Origin: Natronospirillum sp.
Lineage (GTDB): Bacteria; Pseudomonadota; Gammaproteobacteria; Pseudomonadales; Natronospirillaceae
Length of the DNA stretch: 64,000 nt
Assembly: GCF_022565775.1 (NCBI RefSeq)
Contig: NZ_JAIUMC010000005.1
Location: 2,878 to 66,877, forward strand
Direction: 5' to 3'
This document shows positions 32,201 to 41,442 of the stretch, piece by piece. The notes under the pieces were generated by a model. That model did no database searches. It was given only the letters and a program-made list of their open reading frames with translations, and was not told the origin of the DNA. The position numbers and the translations under genes were made by a program. Positions within the stretch are counted from its first letter, which is position 1. Each line of letters begins with the position of its first letter.

Positions 32201-33650
32201 GACAACCCGCTGGTCAGCGCTGGATGACAGTGAAGCGCTGGACCTTGAGTTCAACACTCAACTGATCACCACCGACGAAGCTCTGACACTGACCAGTGGC
32301 CTGCGCCGCCCGGGCCGGGACCTGATCATTGCCAGTGTGGAGACGCCACGTGAACCCTGGTTGCAACGATTGGAGACGCCGGTAGAAGATTGGCCGCTCG
32401 CCGTTTTCTGGAGCATTGATCTGAGCACCGAAGAAACCCTGTTCTGGCTTGGCCAGGATCAGCTTCAGGTGGCTGGCGCCATTGCCGGTGAAGGTCGCTT
32501 TGCCGGCTCCCTGGCCAACCCGGATATTGCCGGCAGTCTGCGTTGGGAAGACGGCACCTTCCGCCTGCCGGAAGTGGGGGCCGAACTGGATCGCATTCAG
32601 ATCAGCCTGGACAGCACTGACATCAATACGATCAATGTGGACGGTTCGGCCCGGGCAGGCGACGGCACCTTCACCATTGGTGGAAACCTCGCGTTTGAAG
32701 ACGGCACCCTGGTCAGCGATCTGCGCGCCGAACTCGATCAGGCTGCCGTTGTGCAACGTCCTGACGTGCAAAGCCTGGCTTCAGGGGTTTTGACGCTGAC
32801 CGGCCCCTGGCCGGACTTTCTGCTGGCCGGAGATCTGCGCCTGATCGGCCTGACCGTCAACATCAACCGCCTGACCGGTCCGGCCGTAGCACAGCTGGAG
32901 ATCCACAATGAAGATAACGGCAACGGTCTCAACGGCAGCCTGCCCATTGCCCTGGATATCGGCATCAGAACCGATGGTCCGGCAACCATCCGGGGCAATG
33001 GTCTGAACGCTCGCCTGTCCGGTGAGCTGCGCCTGGGCGGCACCATGGATGACCTGCAATCGGACGGGGCGCTGACCATCGAATCCGGCACCTTCAATCT
33101 GCTGACCCGCCAATTCCAGTTGCAGGAAGGGCAGGTACGACTGATTGAAGAGGCCATCGATCTGCAGATCATCGCTGTACATCAGCGTCGTGACGTTAAC
33201 ATTGAAGCCACTATCAGCGGCAGCGCCGACCAGTTGCAGTTGACGCTGCGCTCTGAGCCCTCCCTGCCGGAAGATGAAATTGTTGCGCAATTGCTGTTCG
33301 GCAAGTCGGTGCAGAATATGACGCCTTGGCAGGCCCTGCAACTGGCCAATGCGATCAATCAGCTTCGGGGAGGCGACAGCCTGGACCTGTTTATGGCCAC
33401 ACGCGAGACGCTCGGTCTGGATACGCTTGAGGTGGAGGCTGCTGGCGACGAAGGGGAGGCTGCGACACTGCGTGTTGGCCGCTATCTGAACAGTCGCGTC
33501 TACCTGGAGCTGGACACCGATCTCAATGAGGATCGAGACTGGGCCGGGTCTGTCGAGGTGGAGCTGACCCCCAACCTGAACCTGGAAACCCGGGCCGGCA
33601 CCGGTGGGCGCAGCGGCGGCCTGGAATTGCGCTGGCGCCGGGACTATTGA
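29271..33650 (+). CDS. tamB: Translocation and assembly module TamB (DUF490 C-terminus)
   Basis: N-terminal TM anchor, long beta-taco region, C-terminal LRVGRYLNSRVYLEL...WRRDY; ATG overlaps the tamA stop. Confidence 0.9.
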   Translation: MGLVTQSITTVLLRTVQGFLYLLLVLLFVLLLVIGTLLGTASGRVWVAQQGLWLANETTAWQVQVNGLSSPSLTQWQADRVRVFPPGVDEAAISVDDLELRYPLNQWELAITIEELTARRVVVDLDRLRRMDPGPPREEPLDLTEAEPIELDGFGIWLERLDIGELRLTSAEGDALYGRLTGALAWPELDKLPIVRLDWQDDDTNLLLLSAQPSPDGQLWLLSGDMTLPTNTWAHAMSQWPEDTALTGRVDITADLGGQRVQINEFSFPWQGEPIELEGQVAHDQGKLGFDEVRLRVAGRESRLHGHYGPDGTRMEGELNIPMSLVRPFLPEDIAAHTLDAEDTLQARLIWPEDGRWTLEAELISRWHHHPAQIDLQAAGVLLQVEALTASARLSESVVDISGNWDLAEQRGQLQVDGRLDDDVATPYWSDPVYGGATLSGRLTGRGLDEDGQFELPIWNGTLTAEGLLPTDTALGNVPWSAEADTAFEFPSVSWSNLRLTLETGEEAPTLFSNGRYDLADQSLDVNWELDELPLGPLLAQLMDWPQDLTANLTGSGSVQGPLDDLAGRASLTAQGLLMGDAWEAELEAPLMAMDQLLVETLTAQWRDSRLSASGSVRPDLDRDWQDWPVQLDIAPLEINFADGRQLLPDWPEELAEGRVVSSLSARGRAADPDLLAQARVNARYLGESLTGSFNWQADQLQADLNWQDRFISLEGRGRPWEQGQWQLQGERLRTEDIAPWVDLPDELIEARLTHQLNLSLEGNTTDADISLRTRHQGVWDRETLAASTDVTLEWREASAQQWHLQDLQLDWGEAQLSANGQSGTEDLLPRQLDVEVQAFPLHRFLPAPEDFVAQVSGHARLDAGWPDWQVDINMDMDGEQQDQILLGRLEGLIRGREMALEKIDLSQLEIRMGDSLEVIGRGGLEDDLWDLAVDWSGLEWAPPADLPLPGSTWTGSGSLRMSGEGDDPDVRAYMDWTTRWSALDDSEALDLEFNTQLITTDEALTLTSGLRRPGRDLIIASVETPREPWLQRLETPVEDWPLAVFWSIDLSTEETLFWLGQDQLQVAGAIAGEGRFAGSLANPDIAGSLRWEDGTFRLPEVGAELDRIQISLDSTDINTINVDGSARAGDGTFTIGGNLAFEDGTLVSDLRAELDQAAVVQRPDVQSLASGVLTLTGPWPDFLLAGDLRLIGLTVNINRLTGPAVAQLEIHNEDNGNGLNGSLPIALDIGIRTDGPATIRGNGLNARLSGELRLGGTMDDLQSDGALTIESGTFNLLTRQFQLQEGQVRLIEEAIDLQIIAVHQRRDVNIEATISGSADQLQLTLRSEPSLPEDEIVAQLLFGKSVQNMTPWQALQLANAINQLRGGDSLDLFMATRETLGLDTLEVEAAGDEGEAATLRVGRYLNSRVYLELDTDLNEDRDWAGSVEVELTPNLNLETRAGTGGRSGGLELRWRRDY

Positions 33651-34429
33651 GGCGACTTGGCAGCCGGGAACAGATTGTTCGCATTCTGCTCGAGTGCACG
33701 GGCCAGGGCCAGACGTTCGTCGGGCAAACGCACGCCCCTGACCTGACAAAGCGCACGAAACACCGACGGTATCTGCACCGGGCTGTTGCGACAGCCCTGA
33801 AAGCCCGACAGCGGCATATCGGGCCCGTCGGTCTCCAGTACCAGAGCAGACGCCGGCAGTCTGGCGACTGCTGCCCGTGTGCGGCGGGCACGCGGATAGC
33901 TGATCACGCCCCCCACGCCCAGCCAGAGGCCAGCCACACGGTATTCCTGAGCCATTTCGAAACTGCCGGCAAAAGCATGTACCACGCCGCCGCACACCGG
34001 CGGGCAACGCTTGAGACTGCGAATCAGCTCATTGTGTGCGCCGACCTGATGAAGGATGACCGGCAGTTGAAACTGCCGGGCCAGGTCCAACTGCGCTTCC
34101 AGTAATTCAACCTGCTGATCCATCTTGCCTGCCGGGCCGTGCAGGCCTGTTTCACCGACCGCCACCACATTCCCTTCACGCAACCCAGTTTCAAGCTGTG
34201 CAAGATGGTCCGACTCATGCTGTTCGGAAAACCAGGGGTGCAGACCCAAGCCGCAGTATATGCTTACCCGGTCATGACGCAGCATCGACAGGCGCGGCCA
34301 CTGAGCGGCGGCAACGCCCGGCACCACAATGCGCTCGACGCCGCGTCGCCAGCATTCTGCCAGCAACGCCTCCCGGTCGCCGTCAAAAGCAGGGAAATCA
34401 AAATGGCAGTGGGTATCAGTAAACACCAT
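33644..34429 (-). CDS. TatD family deoxyribonuclease
   Basis: DTHCH, GLHP, VGETGL, VVHAF and LETDGP motifs. Confidence 0.92.
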   Translation of the reverse strand: MVFTDTHCHFDFPAFDGDREALLAECWRRGVERIVVPGVAAAQWPRLSMLRHDRVSIYCGLGLHPWFSEQHESDHLAQLETGLREGNVVAVGETGLHGPAGKMDQQVELLEAQLDLARQFQLPVILHQVGAHNELIRSLKRCPPVCGGVVHAFAGSFEMAQEYRVAGLWLGVGGVISYPRARRTRAAVARLPASALVLETDGPDMPLSGFQGCRNSPVQIPSVFRALCQVRGVRLPDERLALARALEQNANNLFPAAKSPQ

Positions 34430-34453
34430 AGCGGAGCCACCTTCGGCCGACGG

Positions 34454-35242
34454 TCAGTCTGCCAGTGTCAATGGCTGTTGCGTGCGAATCAACTCCGATG
34501 GGGTGACCAGCTCTACTCCGACCTCGTCCAGTAACGGGAGTATCCAGTCCAGAAAATCGATCGTTTCCGGGTAGGGGTGGCCAATCATGATCACCCAGCC
34601 CTGCTGCTCCATGATGGCCAAAGCCTGTTCGAACTGCCCGCTGATAAAGGCATCCGTCTGCTCATGATCCAGAAAGACATGGCGCTTGAGCGCCGGCACA
34701 TCATGCTGTCGCGCAGTCTGATAAGCGATGCTGCGGGCACTGGTCAGGGAGTCGATAAAATAGAGGTTGTGCTCTGAAAGGGTCTCCATGACCAGACCCA
34801 TCGGCTCTTCGCGCTCTGTCAGCAGGCTGCCCATATGGTTGTTGAGCCCGGCGGCATGCGGGACATCAGCCAGCGCCTCGTCCAGCGTCTCCTGCCATTC
34901 ATTGGCCGTCATGTGGGCTTCCAGCCCCATCGGGCCCAGGGGGAAACGGCTGTGGTTGGCCATCGGCATGTGCAGCATCACTTCGCGTCCTTCGGCATGC
35001 GCACGCTCGGCCAGCGCGGTGCTGTAGGCCAGCCCGGGGAGAATGGAAAAAGTCAGGTTTCCCGGCAGGTCGATTGCCGCTTCACCGAGGCGCCGATTGT
35101 TGCCCAGGTCATCGATGATGATGACCATGCGTGGACCCGGAGCGGCGTCGGCTGCCGGCACTGAAAGACCGGCTACCATGACCAACAGGAGGTACAGTGC
35201 TGTGCAATGCCTCCATGATCCGCCCCGAGTCCGCATGATCAC
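34454..35242 (-). CDS. Divergent polysaccharide deacetylase (YibQ-like)
   Basis: IIIDDLG, MLHMPM, GLNNHMGS and FIDSLT; conserved position after ctpA. Confidence 0.9.
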   Translation of the reverse strand: MIMRTRGGSWRHCTALYLLLVMVAGLSVPAADAAPGPRMVIIIDDLGNNRRLGEAAIDLPGNLTFSILPGLAYSTALAERAHAEGREVMLHMPMANHSRFPLGPMGLEAHMTANEWQETLDEALADVPHAAGLNNHMGSLLTEREEPMGLVMETLSEHNLYFIDSLTSARSIAYQTARQHDVPALKRHVFLDHEQTDAFISGQFEQALAIMEQQGWVIMIGHPYPETIDFLDWILPLLDEVGVELVTPSELIRTQQPLTLAD

Positions 35243-36528
35243 CGCTGCAGTATCGACAGACCCTTGAGCAGATTCAATGCCTCATAGAGCTGGAAGTCGC
35301 GATTGATTAGTTCTTCCTCGTCCAGCTCTGAAGGATCCATGTCTGCTTCATCCGCCAGCCGCTCGAGATGGCCGCGCAGGTCGCGCTCACGGCGCAGCGG
35401 CATATCATCCACAGCGAACTGGCCCTGGCGTACCACCAGATCCGGGGTAATGCCCTCGGCCTGAATCGACTGACCGGCAGGCGTATAATAGCGGGCAGTG
35501 GTCAGTTTGAGCGCGCTGTTATTGTCCAGCGGCAGCACGGTCTGTACCGAGCCCTTGCCGAAACTCTGGGTGCCCAGGATTACCGCACGACCGTGGTCCT
35601 GCAGGGCACCGGCCACGATCTCACTGGCCGAAGCCGAGCCGCCATTGACCAGTACGACCAGGGGAATATCCGGGTAGGGCGTGGAGCGGCGCGCATGGTA
35701 GCGGTGAGCACTGTCGGGAATCCGGCTTTCGGTGTAGACCACCAGTTCTTCGGACAGGAACACATCCGCCACATCAACAGACGCATTGAGCAATCCGCCC
35801 GGGTTATTGCGCAGATCCAGCACCAGACCACGCAGGTCACTGCCGTATTCTTCTTTCAGGCTGTCAATCTCGCGGGCCAGGTCGCGTCCGGTGTTCTGCT
35901 GGAAGGAACTGATGCGGACAAAACCGAACCCGGGTTCCAGCATACGGCTGCGGATCGAGGTCACCTGAATGATCGCCCGCTCGATGGTGATTTCAAGCGT
36001 TTCGCTGCCCCGCAGGATGGTCAGTGTGATATCCGTTCCCGGTTCACCACGCATGATGTCCACAGCCTGGTTGAGGCTCATGCCCTGCACGGACTCGCCA
36101 TCAAGCCGGGAGATCAGATCACCGGCGCGCACGCCGGCATGATAGGCCGGCGTGTCATCAATCGGTGACACCACCTTAACCAACCCGTCTTCCATCTGTA
36201 CTTCAATACCCAAGCCGCCAAAGCGGCCTGAGGTGGATTCCCGCAGGTCGGAGAAGTCATCCGGTGTCAGATAGCTGGAATGAGGATCGAGCCCGGACAG
36301 CATGCCGTCGATGGCATTGCGGATCAGTTCGTCGTCATCCACTTCATCCACATAGGCGCGCTTGATGCGGTCGATCACCTGCGCCAATTGACGAATCTCG
36401 TCAACCGGCAGGTTACCGCTCAGTTCAATCGAGTGACGGTCTGCATAAACGGTCGAACCTACGCCTATTGCAAAGCCAAACAGCAGGACCGCTACCAGAC
36501 TGACCGCCGAACGTGTCTTGAAAATCAT
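35239..36528 (-). CDS. ctpA: S41 carboxyl-terminal processing protease
   Basis: LDPHSSY, PDZ GGLGIEV, LDLRNNPGG, SASASEIVAGALQD, GKGSVQ and LTTARYYTP. Confidence 0.95.
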   Translation of the reverse strand: MIFKTRSAVSLVAVLLFGFAIGVGSTVYADRHSIELSGNLPVDEIRQLAQVIDRIKRAYVDEVDDDELIRNAIDGMLSGLDPHSSYLTPDDFSDLRESTSGRFGGLGIEVQMEDGLVKVVSPIDDTPAYHAGVRAGDLISRLDGESVQGMSLNQAVDIMRGEPGTDITLTILRGSETLEITIERAIIQVTSIRSRMLEPGFGFVRISSFQQNTGRDLAREIDSLKEEYGSDLRGLVLDLRNNPGGLLNASVDVADVFLSEELVVYTESRIPDSAHRYHARRSTPYPDIPLVVLVNGGSASASEIVAGALQDHGRAVILGTQSFGKGSVQTVLPLDNNSALKLTTARYYTPAGQSIQAEGITPDLVVRQGQFAVDDMPLRRERDLRGHLERLADEADMDPSELDEEELINRDFQLYEALNLLKGLSILQR

Positions 36529-36600
36529 GTACTTCTCTCCACTTTACGCCCGCCTTCGGTGCCGGACTGGATTGCGCCTGTATTCCGGCGCCCTGATCAT

Positions 36601-37794
36601 TTAACGTGCAAGCCAGTTCTGTGGATCAGTCGGCTCACCCCGATGGCGGACCTCGAAGTACAGAGCAGGCTCGGAAAAGCCCCCTGAATCTCCGACCTGG
36701 GCAATGGTTTCCCCACCGCGTACCCAGTCGCCTACATCCCGCTCCAATACCTCATTGCGTCCGTACAGACTGAGATATCCTTCTCCATGGTCGATGATCA
36801 CCATCAACCCGTATCCTTTAAGATAGTCGGAAAAGACTACCCTGCCGTAGTGAATGGCTCGTACCGAACTGCCTGGCTCGGCGGCCACGAGTAATCCGTC
36901 TGACACCAAATTCGTGCGCTCGTTGCGCTGACCATAGCGTAACCTGACCTCGCCCTCAACGGGCCAGCCCATTTGCCCGCGCAAGTCCGCGAACGGAATT
37001 TCGTCGTCGCCGAATTCGAACTGCTCCAGCGCCTGCTCCACTTCGCGCAGCAGCGCTTCCAGTTCCTCGCGCTCGGCCTCCTTCTCGGCCACTTCCTGTT
37101 CCTGCGTGGCGATTTCCTCGGCCAGTCGGGCCACCACCTGACGCCGCTCATTGCGGTTCTGCAACAACCGATTATTCTCTTCAATCAACTGCGCGTTCTG
37201 CGCTTCGAGGTCGGCCTGCCGTGCGGCGATACCCGCGGTCACTTCGAGCAACTCGGTCAGAGTCTGTTCGTATGCCCGCAGCTCCGCCACCTGAGCGGCA
37301 TTAAAGTATTGGTAAAAGGTCATCATCCGCTGCCCATGTGACAGCGAATCCGGCGACAACAGCGCTTTCAGCGGCGTCTGTTGCTGACTCTTGTAGGCGG
37401 ACACCAGCAAGGTCTCGATGTCGCGTGCCTGCTCCTGACGACGGGCCTCCAGAGTGCGCTCGCGCGAGCGCAATCCGGTAAGCTCGTCCTCCGTCTCTGC
37501 CAGCGCAGACTCCACATCACTCAGACGCCGTCGATTGGCGGCAATCTCGCGCTCGGACTCTTCAAGACGCTGTGCCATGCGGCTGCGCTCCGCCCGGTTT
37601 TGCTCCAGGCGATTCTGCAGTCGCTCGATCTCCGCCACCAGCGCATCGATATCAGCCTGCGACACCGAATTCTGACCGGGCACCTGCAGGCTGACCACCG
37701 TCAGCCCCAGACACAGCAGCAGAGCGCCGCGGCGCAACAGGCGCCGCGACGACAGCCCGACCTTGTCGTGCGCGTCAGCCAAGCAGGTTATCAC
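36601..37794 (-). CDS. envC: Murein hydrolase activator (coiled coil plus degenerate M23)
   Basis: Long coiled coil, [11 protein letters not shown] and LYFEVR; follows gpmI. True start may be slightly downstream. Confidence 0.9.
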   Translation of the reverse strand: MITCLADAHDKVGLSSRRLLRRGALLLCLGLTVVSLQVPGQNSVSQADIDALVAEIERLQNRLEQNRAERSRMAQRLEESEREIAANRRRLSDVESALAETEDELTGLRSRERTLEARRQEQARDIETLLVSAYKSQQQTPLKALLSPDSLSHGQRMMTFYQYFNAAQVAELRAYEQTLTELLEVTAGIAARQADLEAQNAQLIEENNRLLQNRNERRQVVARLAEEIATQEQEVAEKEAEREELEALLREVEQALEQFEFGDDEIPFADLRGQMGWPVEGEVRLRYGQRNERTNLVSDGLLVAAEPGSSVRAIHYGRVVFSDYLKGYGLMVIIDHGEGYLSLYGRNEVLERDVGDWVRGGETIAQVGDSGGFSEPALYFEVRHRGEPTDPQNWLAR

Positions 37795-39328
37795 CCGTCA
37801 TCTCTTCCGGCTGCGTCTCGCCCAGCATGTACAGCAAAGTCGGCGCAATATCACACAGGCGCCCTTCTTTCAGCGCCTTCTGCCTGTTGTTGCTGACATA
37901 GACCAACGGTACGGGAAACACCGTATGGGAGGTCACGGCGCCACCGGTTTTCGGGTCGACCATCAGTTCGACATTACCGTGGTCTGCGGTGATCAGGCAC
38001 TGGCCGTCCACATCCAGGATGGCCTGAGTGACTTCTGCAAGTGCCCAGTCCAGCGTCTCCACGGCCTTGATGGCGGCATCCATCTTGCCGGTATGCCCGA
38101 CCATATCACCATTGGCGTAGTTGCAGACCACCAGGTCATATTTGCCGGAGCGGATGGCCGCAGCCAGCTTTTCGGTGACCTCAGGCGCACTCATTTCCGG
38201 CTGCAGGTCATAGGTCGCGACTCTCGGTGAGGGCACCAGTTCGCGATCTTCACCCGCATATTGCTTTTCTTCGCCACCGTTGAAGAAGAAGGTGACATGG
38301 GCGTATTTTTCAGTTTCGGCAATCCGCAACTGGGTCTTGCCCTTGTCCGCCAGGTATTCGCCAAGCGTGTTCTTGAGCGGTGTCGGCGGATAGGCACAGG
38401 AGGCTTTGATGTCGGCAGCGTATTCCGTCAGGGTCACGAAGTCGGAGAGTGCCGGCCGCACACTGCGGTCCAGATCGCTGTCCAGACCGTCGTCAACGAA
38501 GGCCCGGGTCAGTTCGCGCGCCCGGTCAGGGCGGAAGTTCATGAATACGGCACTGTCACCATCCGCCATTACAGCCGCGTCATCACCGGACCGAATCGAG
38601 GTGGGGGGGACAAATTCATCATCCTTGTCCTGCTCATAGGCGGTATGCAAGCCCGCCACCGGATCGGCGGCTACTATCTCGGCCTTGCCCTGCGTCAGCA
38701 GATCGTAGGCCTGCTGCACCCGCTCCCAGCGGTTGTCACGATCCATCGCGTAGTAGCGTCCGATCAATGACACCACGCCGCTTACGCCCTTGGCTTTACT
38801 GTGCTCCTGCAGCTTTTTCAGTGTCGCCTCGGCGCTGCGCGGCGGGGTATCGCGGCCATCCAGGAAGGCGTGTACACAGACGTCGACGCCGCGGGCTGCC
38901 GCCAGATCGATCATGGCAATGAGATGGTCTTCATGGCTGTGCACGCCACCAGGGGAAGCCAGGCCAAGAATGTGCACCTTGCCGCCGGCTTTTTTGGCGC
39001 TTTCGACAGCATGAACCAGCGCTTCATTGTGGGCAAAGTGGCCGTCTTCAATATCCTTGGAGACGCGGGTAAAGCTCTGGTACACGATGCGCCCGGCACC
39101 CAGGTTCATGTGCCCCACTTCGGAGTTGCCCATCTGCCCCTCGGGCAGACCGACCGCCAGCCCGGAGGTTTTCACCAGGTTGTGGGGATAGTCCTTCCAG
39201 AGCCGATCCCAGGTGGGCGTATTGGCCTCACGAATGGCATTCGACTGTGATGTTTCGCTGTATCCGAAGCCGTCCAGAATAATCAGGGCGACGGTTTTCT
39301 TTTGCGCAGACTGATTTGCTGCAGACAT
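37775..39328 (-). CDS. gpmI: 2,3-bisphosphoglycerate-independent phosphoglycerate mutase
   Basis: [35 protein letters not shown] and TADHGN. Confidence 0.98.
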   Translation of the reverse strand: MSAANQSAQKKTVALIILDGFGYSETSQSNAIREANTPTWDRLWKDYPHNLVKTSGLAVGLPEGQMGNSEVGHMNLGAGRIVYQSFTRVSKDIEDGHFAHNEALVHAVESAKKAGGKVHILGLASPGGVHSHEDHLIAMIDLAAARGVDVCVHAFLDGRDTPPRSAEATLKKLQEHSKAKGVSGVVSLIGRYYAMDRDNRWERVQQAYDLLTQGKAEIVAADPVAGLHTAYEQDKDDEFVPPTSIRSGDDAAVMADGDSAVFMNFRPDRARELTRAFVDDGLDSDLDRSVRPALSDFVTLTEYAADIKASCAYPPTPLKNTLGEYLADKGKTQLRIAETEKYAHVTFFFNGGEEKQYAGEDRELVPSPRVATYDLQPEMSAPEVTEKLAAAIRSGKYDLVVCNYANGDMVGHTGKMDAAIKAVETLDWALAEVTQAILDVDGQCLITADHGNVELMVDPKTGGAVTSHTVFPVPLVYVSNNRQKALKEGRLCDIAPTLLYMLGETQPEEMTGDNLLG

Positions 39329-39375
39329 AGTGACCTCTGCTTCAATGCGTTAACTCAACTCCCCCGACCAGATCC

Positions 39376-39539
39376 ATGAACACCCGTCTTGCTGCAGGTA
39401 GTCTCTGCCGGTGTCCCGTTCATTTCTGATCTTGTTATGGCGAACTGCGGACGCCTTGCGGTCTCCGTTCAGTCGCTGCCCGGTCATTATGGTCTGTGTG
39501 GCATCAATGAAATCGGCTTGAGGGGCACTTTCGCTCCCT
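39376..39539 (-). ncRNA. Candidate structured 5' leader upstream of gpmI
   Basis: Minus strand shows a GAAA-capped hairpin (39521-39539), a GCAA-capped hairpin (39442-39470) and a third stem (39376-39423). No family recognised. Confidence 0.3.
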
Positions 39540-39728
39540 ATTCTACTCAGATTGAGCCGGGGTAGCGAGTCACCTGCCGCCACACCACCATCAGGGCAGG
39601 GGTCGGGCGCCGTTTTTACGCTTCACGGACCGTCCGATAATGCCTGCTCGACTGGGGATGATGGCCTCCGACTCATGGTGTATACTCGCCGCTCTTCTCT
39701 GGAAGCCGAATGAGTCTGAGTAGCCGAG

Positions 39729-40145
39729 ATGCTGGAATTAATCGATTTTGTCAGTCAGAACTGGATGCTGGTGGCCCTGTGGGCGGGCTTTCTGGTCTGG
39801 GTCATCCTGTCGGAAACCTCGCGTGGCGGCCAGTCTCTGACGCCGCAGCAGGCCACCACCCTGATCAACACCCAGGATGCGGTGGTCGTGGATGTGCGTA
39901 AAGCGGAAGACTTTGGCAAGGGCCATCTGCCTCACGCCATCAACATCCCGGCGGCCAAGCTCAAAGAACGCATGGGTGAACTGGAAAAGCACAAGAAGAA
40001 GCCCATCATTGTCGTCTGCCAGGTCGGGCACAGTTCGGGCGCCTCCGGTGCTGAATTGCGCAAGGCCGGCTTTGATCCGGTATACCGGCTCAAGGGTGGC
40101 GTAATGGAATGGCAAAGCAGTCGTATGCCGCTGTGGAAGAACTGA
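39729..40145 (+). CDS. Rhodanese-like domain protein (YibN-like)
   Basis: N-terminal TM, VVDVR, GHLPHAINI and LKGGVMEW; conserved cluster with grxC-secB. Confidence 0.9.
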   Translation: MLELIDFVSQNWMLVALWAGFLVWVILSETSRGGQSLTPQQATTLINTQDAVVVDVRKAEDFGKGHLPHAINIPAAKLKERMGELEKHKKKPIIVVCQVGHSSGASGAELRKAGFDPVYRLKGGVMEWQSSRMPLWKN

Positions 40146-40417
40146 TGTCACCGCGCGCACCTGTCGTGATCTACACGACCCGGTTCTGCCCGTTTTGCAT
40201 CCGTGCCAAGCAATTGCTGGCGAGCAAGCAGGTGGACTTTGATGAGCGCCCGGTCGACAACGACTCTGCCCTGCGCGCCGAGATGACGAAAAAAGCCGGC
40301 AGCCGCACCGTGCCGCAGATCTGGATTGGCGATGTGCATGTTGGCGGGTGTGATGAACTGTTTCAATTGGAAAGACAACAACGACTCGACGACCTGCTGG
40401 GTCGCACACAGGAGTGA
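40145..40417 (+). CDS. grxC: Glutaredoxin 3
   Basis: CPFC active site, TVPQIWI and GGCDEL; ATG overlaps the upstream stop. Confidence 0.95.
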   Translation: MSPRAPVVIYTTRFCPFCIRAKQLLASKQVDFDERPVDNDSALRAEMTKKAGSRTVPQIWIGDVHVGGCDELFQLERQQRLDDLLGRTQE

Positions 40418-40423
40418 CATTTT

Positions 40424-40888
40424 ATGGCTGAAGAACAACCCAAAACCCGTTTTGGTATCCAGCGGCTCTTTACCCGCAACACCTCGTTCGAATCACCGAA
40501 TGCTCCCCAGATTTTCCGCGAGCAATGGAAACCCAAGATCAAGGTTGATCTTAACACCAAGTCCAGCAAGCTGGCCGATGACGCCTACGAAGTCGTGATC
40601 CGGGTTACGGTCACCGCCAAGCTGGAAGAGCAGACCGCCTTTCTGGCTGAAGTCGAGCAGGGCTGCATCGCCACCATCGTCGGGTTTGAAGAGCAGCAAC
40701 TGGAGCAGATGCTGGGCGCCTATGTCCCCAGCCTGCTGTTCCCGTATGCCCGCGAAACCGTCGACAGCATGGTGGTCAAGGGCAGCTTCCCGCCTGTAAT
40801 GCTGGCACCGGTGAACTTTGACGCCCTGCACAAGCAGCGCCAGGAACAGCAGCAAGCGGCTGACTCCGATAGCGAAACGGCCCACTGA
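40424..40888 (+). CDS. secB: Protein-export chaperone SecB
   Basis: SFESPNAP, FLAEVEQG, LFPYARE and LAPVNFDAL. Confidence 0.97.
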   Translation: MAEEQPKTRFGIQRLFTRNTSFESPNAPQIFREQWKPKIKVDLNTKSSKLADDAYEVVIRVTVTAKLEEQTAFLAEVEQGCIATIVGFEEQQLEQMLGAYVPSLLFPYARETVDSMVVKGSFPPVMLAPVNFDALHKQRQEQQQAADSDSETAH

Positions 40889-40900
40889 AGCTGACTTTGC

Positions 40901-40926
40901 AGCAGGTGGGCCCGCGCCCGCCTGCT
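40901..40926 (+). terminator. Possible terminator hairpin after secB
   Basis: AGCAGGTGGGC-ccgc-GCCCGCCTGCT followed by only a weak T-tract. Confidence 0.5.
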
Positions 40927-41041
40927 CTTGCTGACCCTCCACCTGTTCTGTTCCCCCGCCCCTGAAGAAAGCGCCCCACAATGGTGCAGCAACGCCAGTA
41001 GTGGGTCCCCTGAAAACCTCGACCAGCAGCCCATAGAGGCT

Positions 41042-41070
41042 CTGTCACGTGAGAGCCATGCCACTATACT
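41042..41070 (+). promoter_or_regulatory. Possible sigma-70 glnAp1-like promoter
   Basis: CTGTCA-N17-TATACT just upstream of the NtrC boxes. Confidence 0.45.
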
Positions 41071-41087
41071 CAGCCCTGTAAAGGCTG

Positions 41088-41138
41088 CGCACCGATATCG
41101 TGCGTCACTTCAGTGCACGGCCGCACCATAAAGGTGCT
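41088..41138. promoter_or_regulatory. Tandem NtrC-binding enhancer sites
   Basis: CGCACCGATATCGTGCG (41088-41104) and CGCACCATAAAGGTGCT (41122-41138) versus TGCACC-N5-GGTGCA; 34 bp apart. Confidence 0.8.
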
Positions 41139-41325
41139 TTTTTGAGCACAACCCGACTGTCTTGCGCCGGCTTTCAGCACGGCTGCGCCACCTCCTTTGC
41201 AGTTCCGTCGCAATTGTGAGCACCAACGGATGGGCCACACGGCCCGACATGACGGGGCATAGCTATCCTGCACCCCCTCGCAGGCGCGAACCCGGCGACG
41301 CAATACCCCCTGTTGCAAGAGGGAC

Positions 41326-41341
41326 TGGCACAGGCCTTGCT
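41326..41341 (+). promoter_or_regulatory. Sigma-54 (-24/-12) promoter of glnA
   Basis: TGGCAC-AGGCC-TTGCT, a full match to the TGGCAC-N5-TTGCW core. Confidence 0.9.
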
Positions 41342-41442
41342 TTGAATGCCCACAAGTGGTGCAGTGGAGCGCAAGCCCACTCATCTTGAGTGTAAAAGCA
41401 ATCGGCCCGGCCCAGGGCCCAAATAGTGGAGAGGCCTTTAAC

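Noticed and set aside
39350-39583. 77-aa minus-strand ORF upstream of gpmI
   Set aside because: No recognisable motif or RBS. It overlaps the hairpin-rich leader, which is better read as non-coding.
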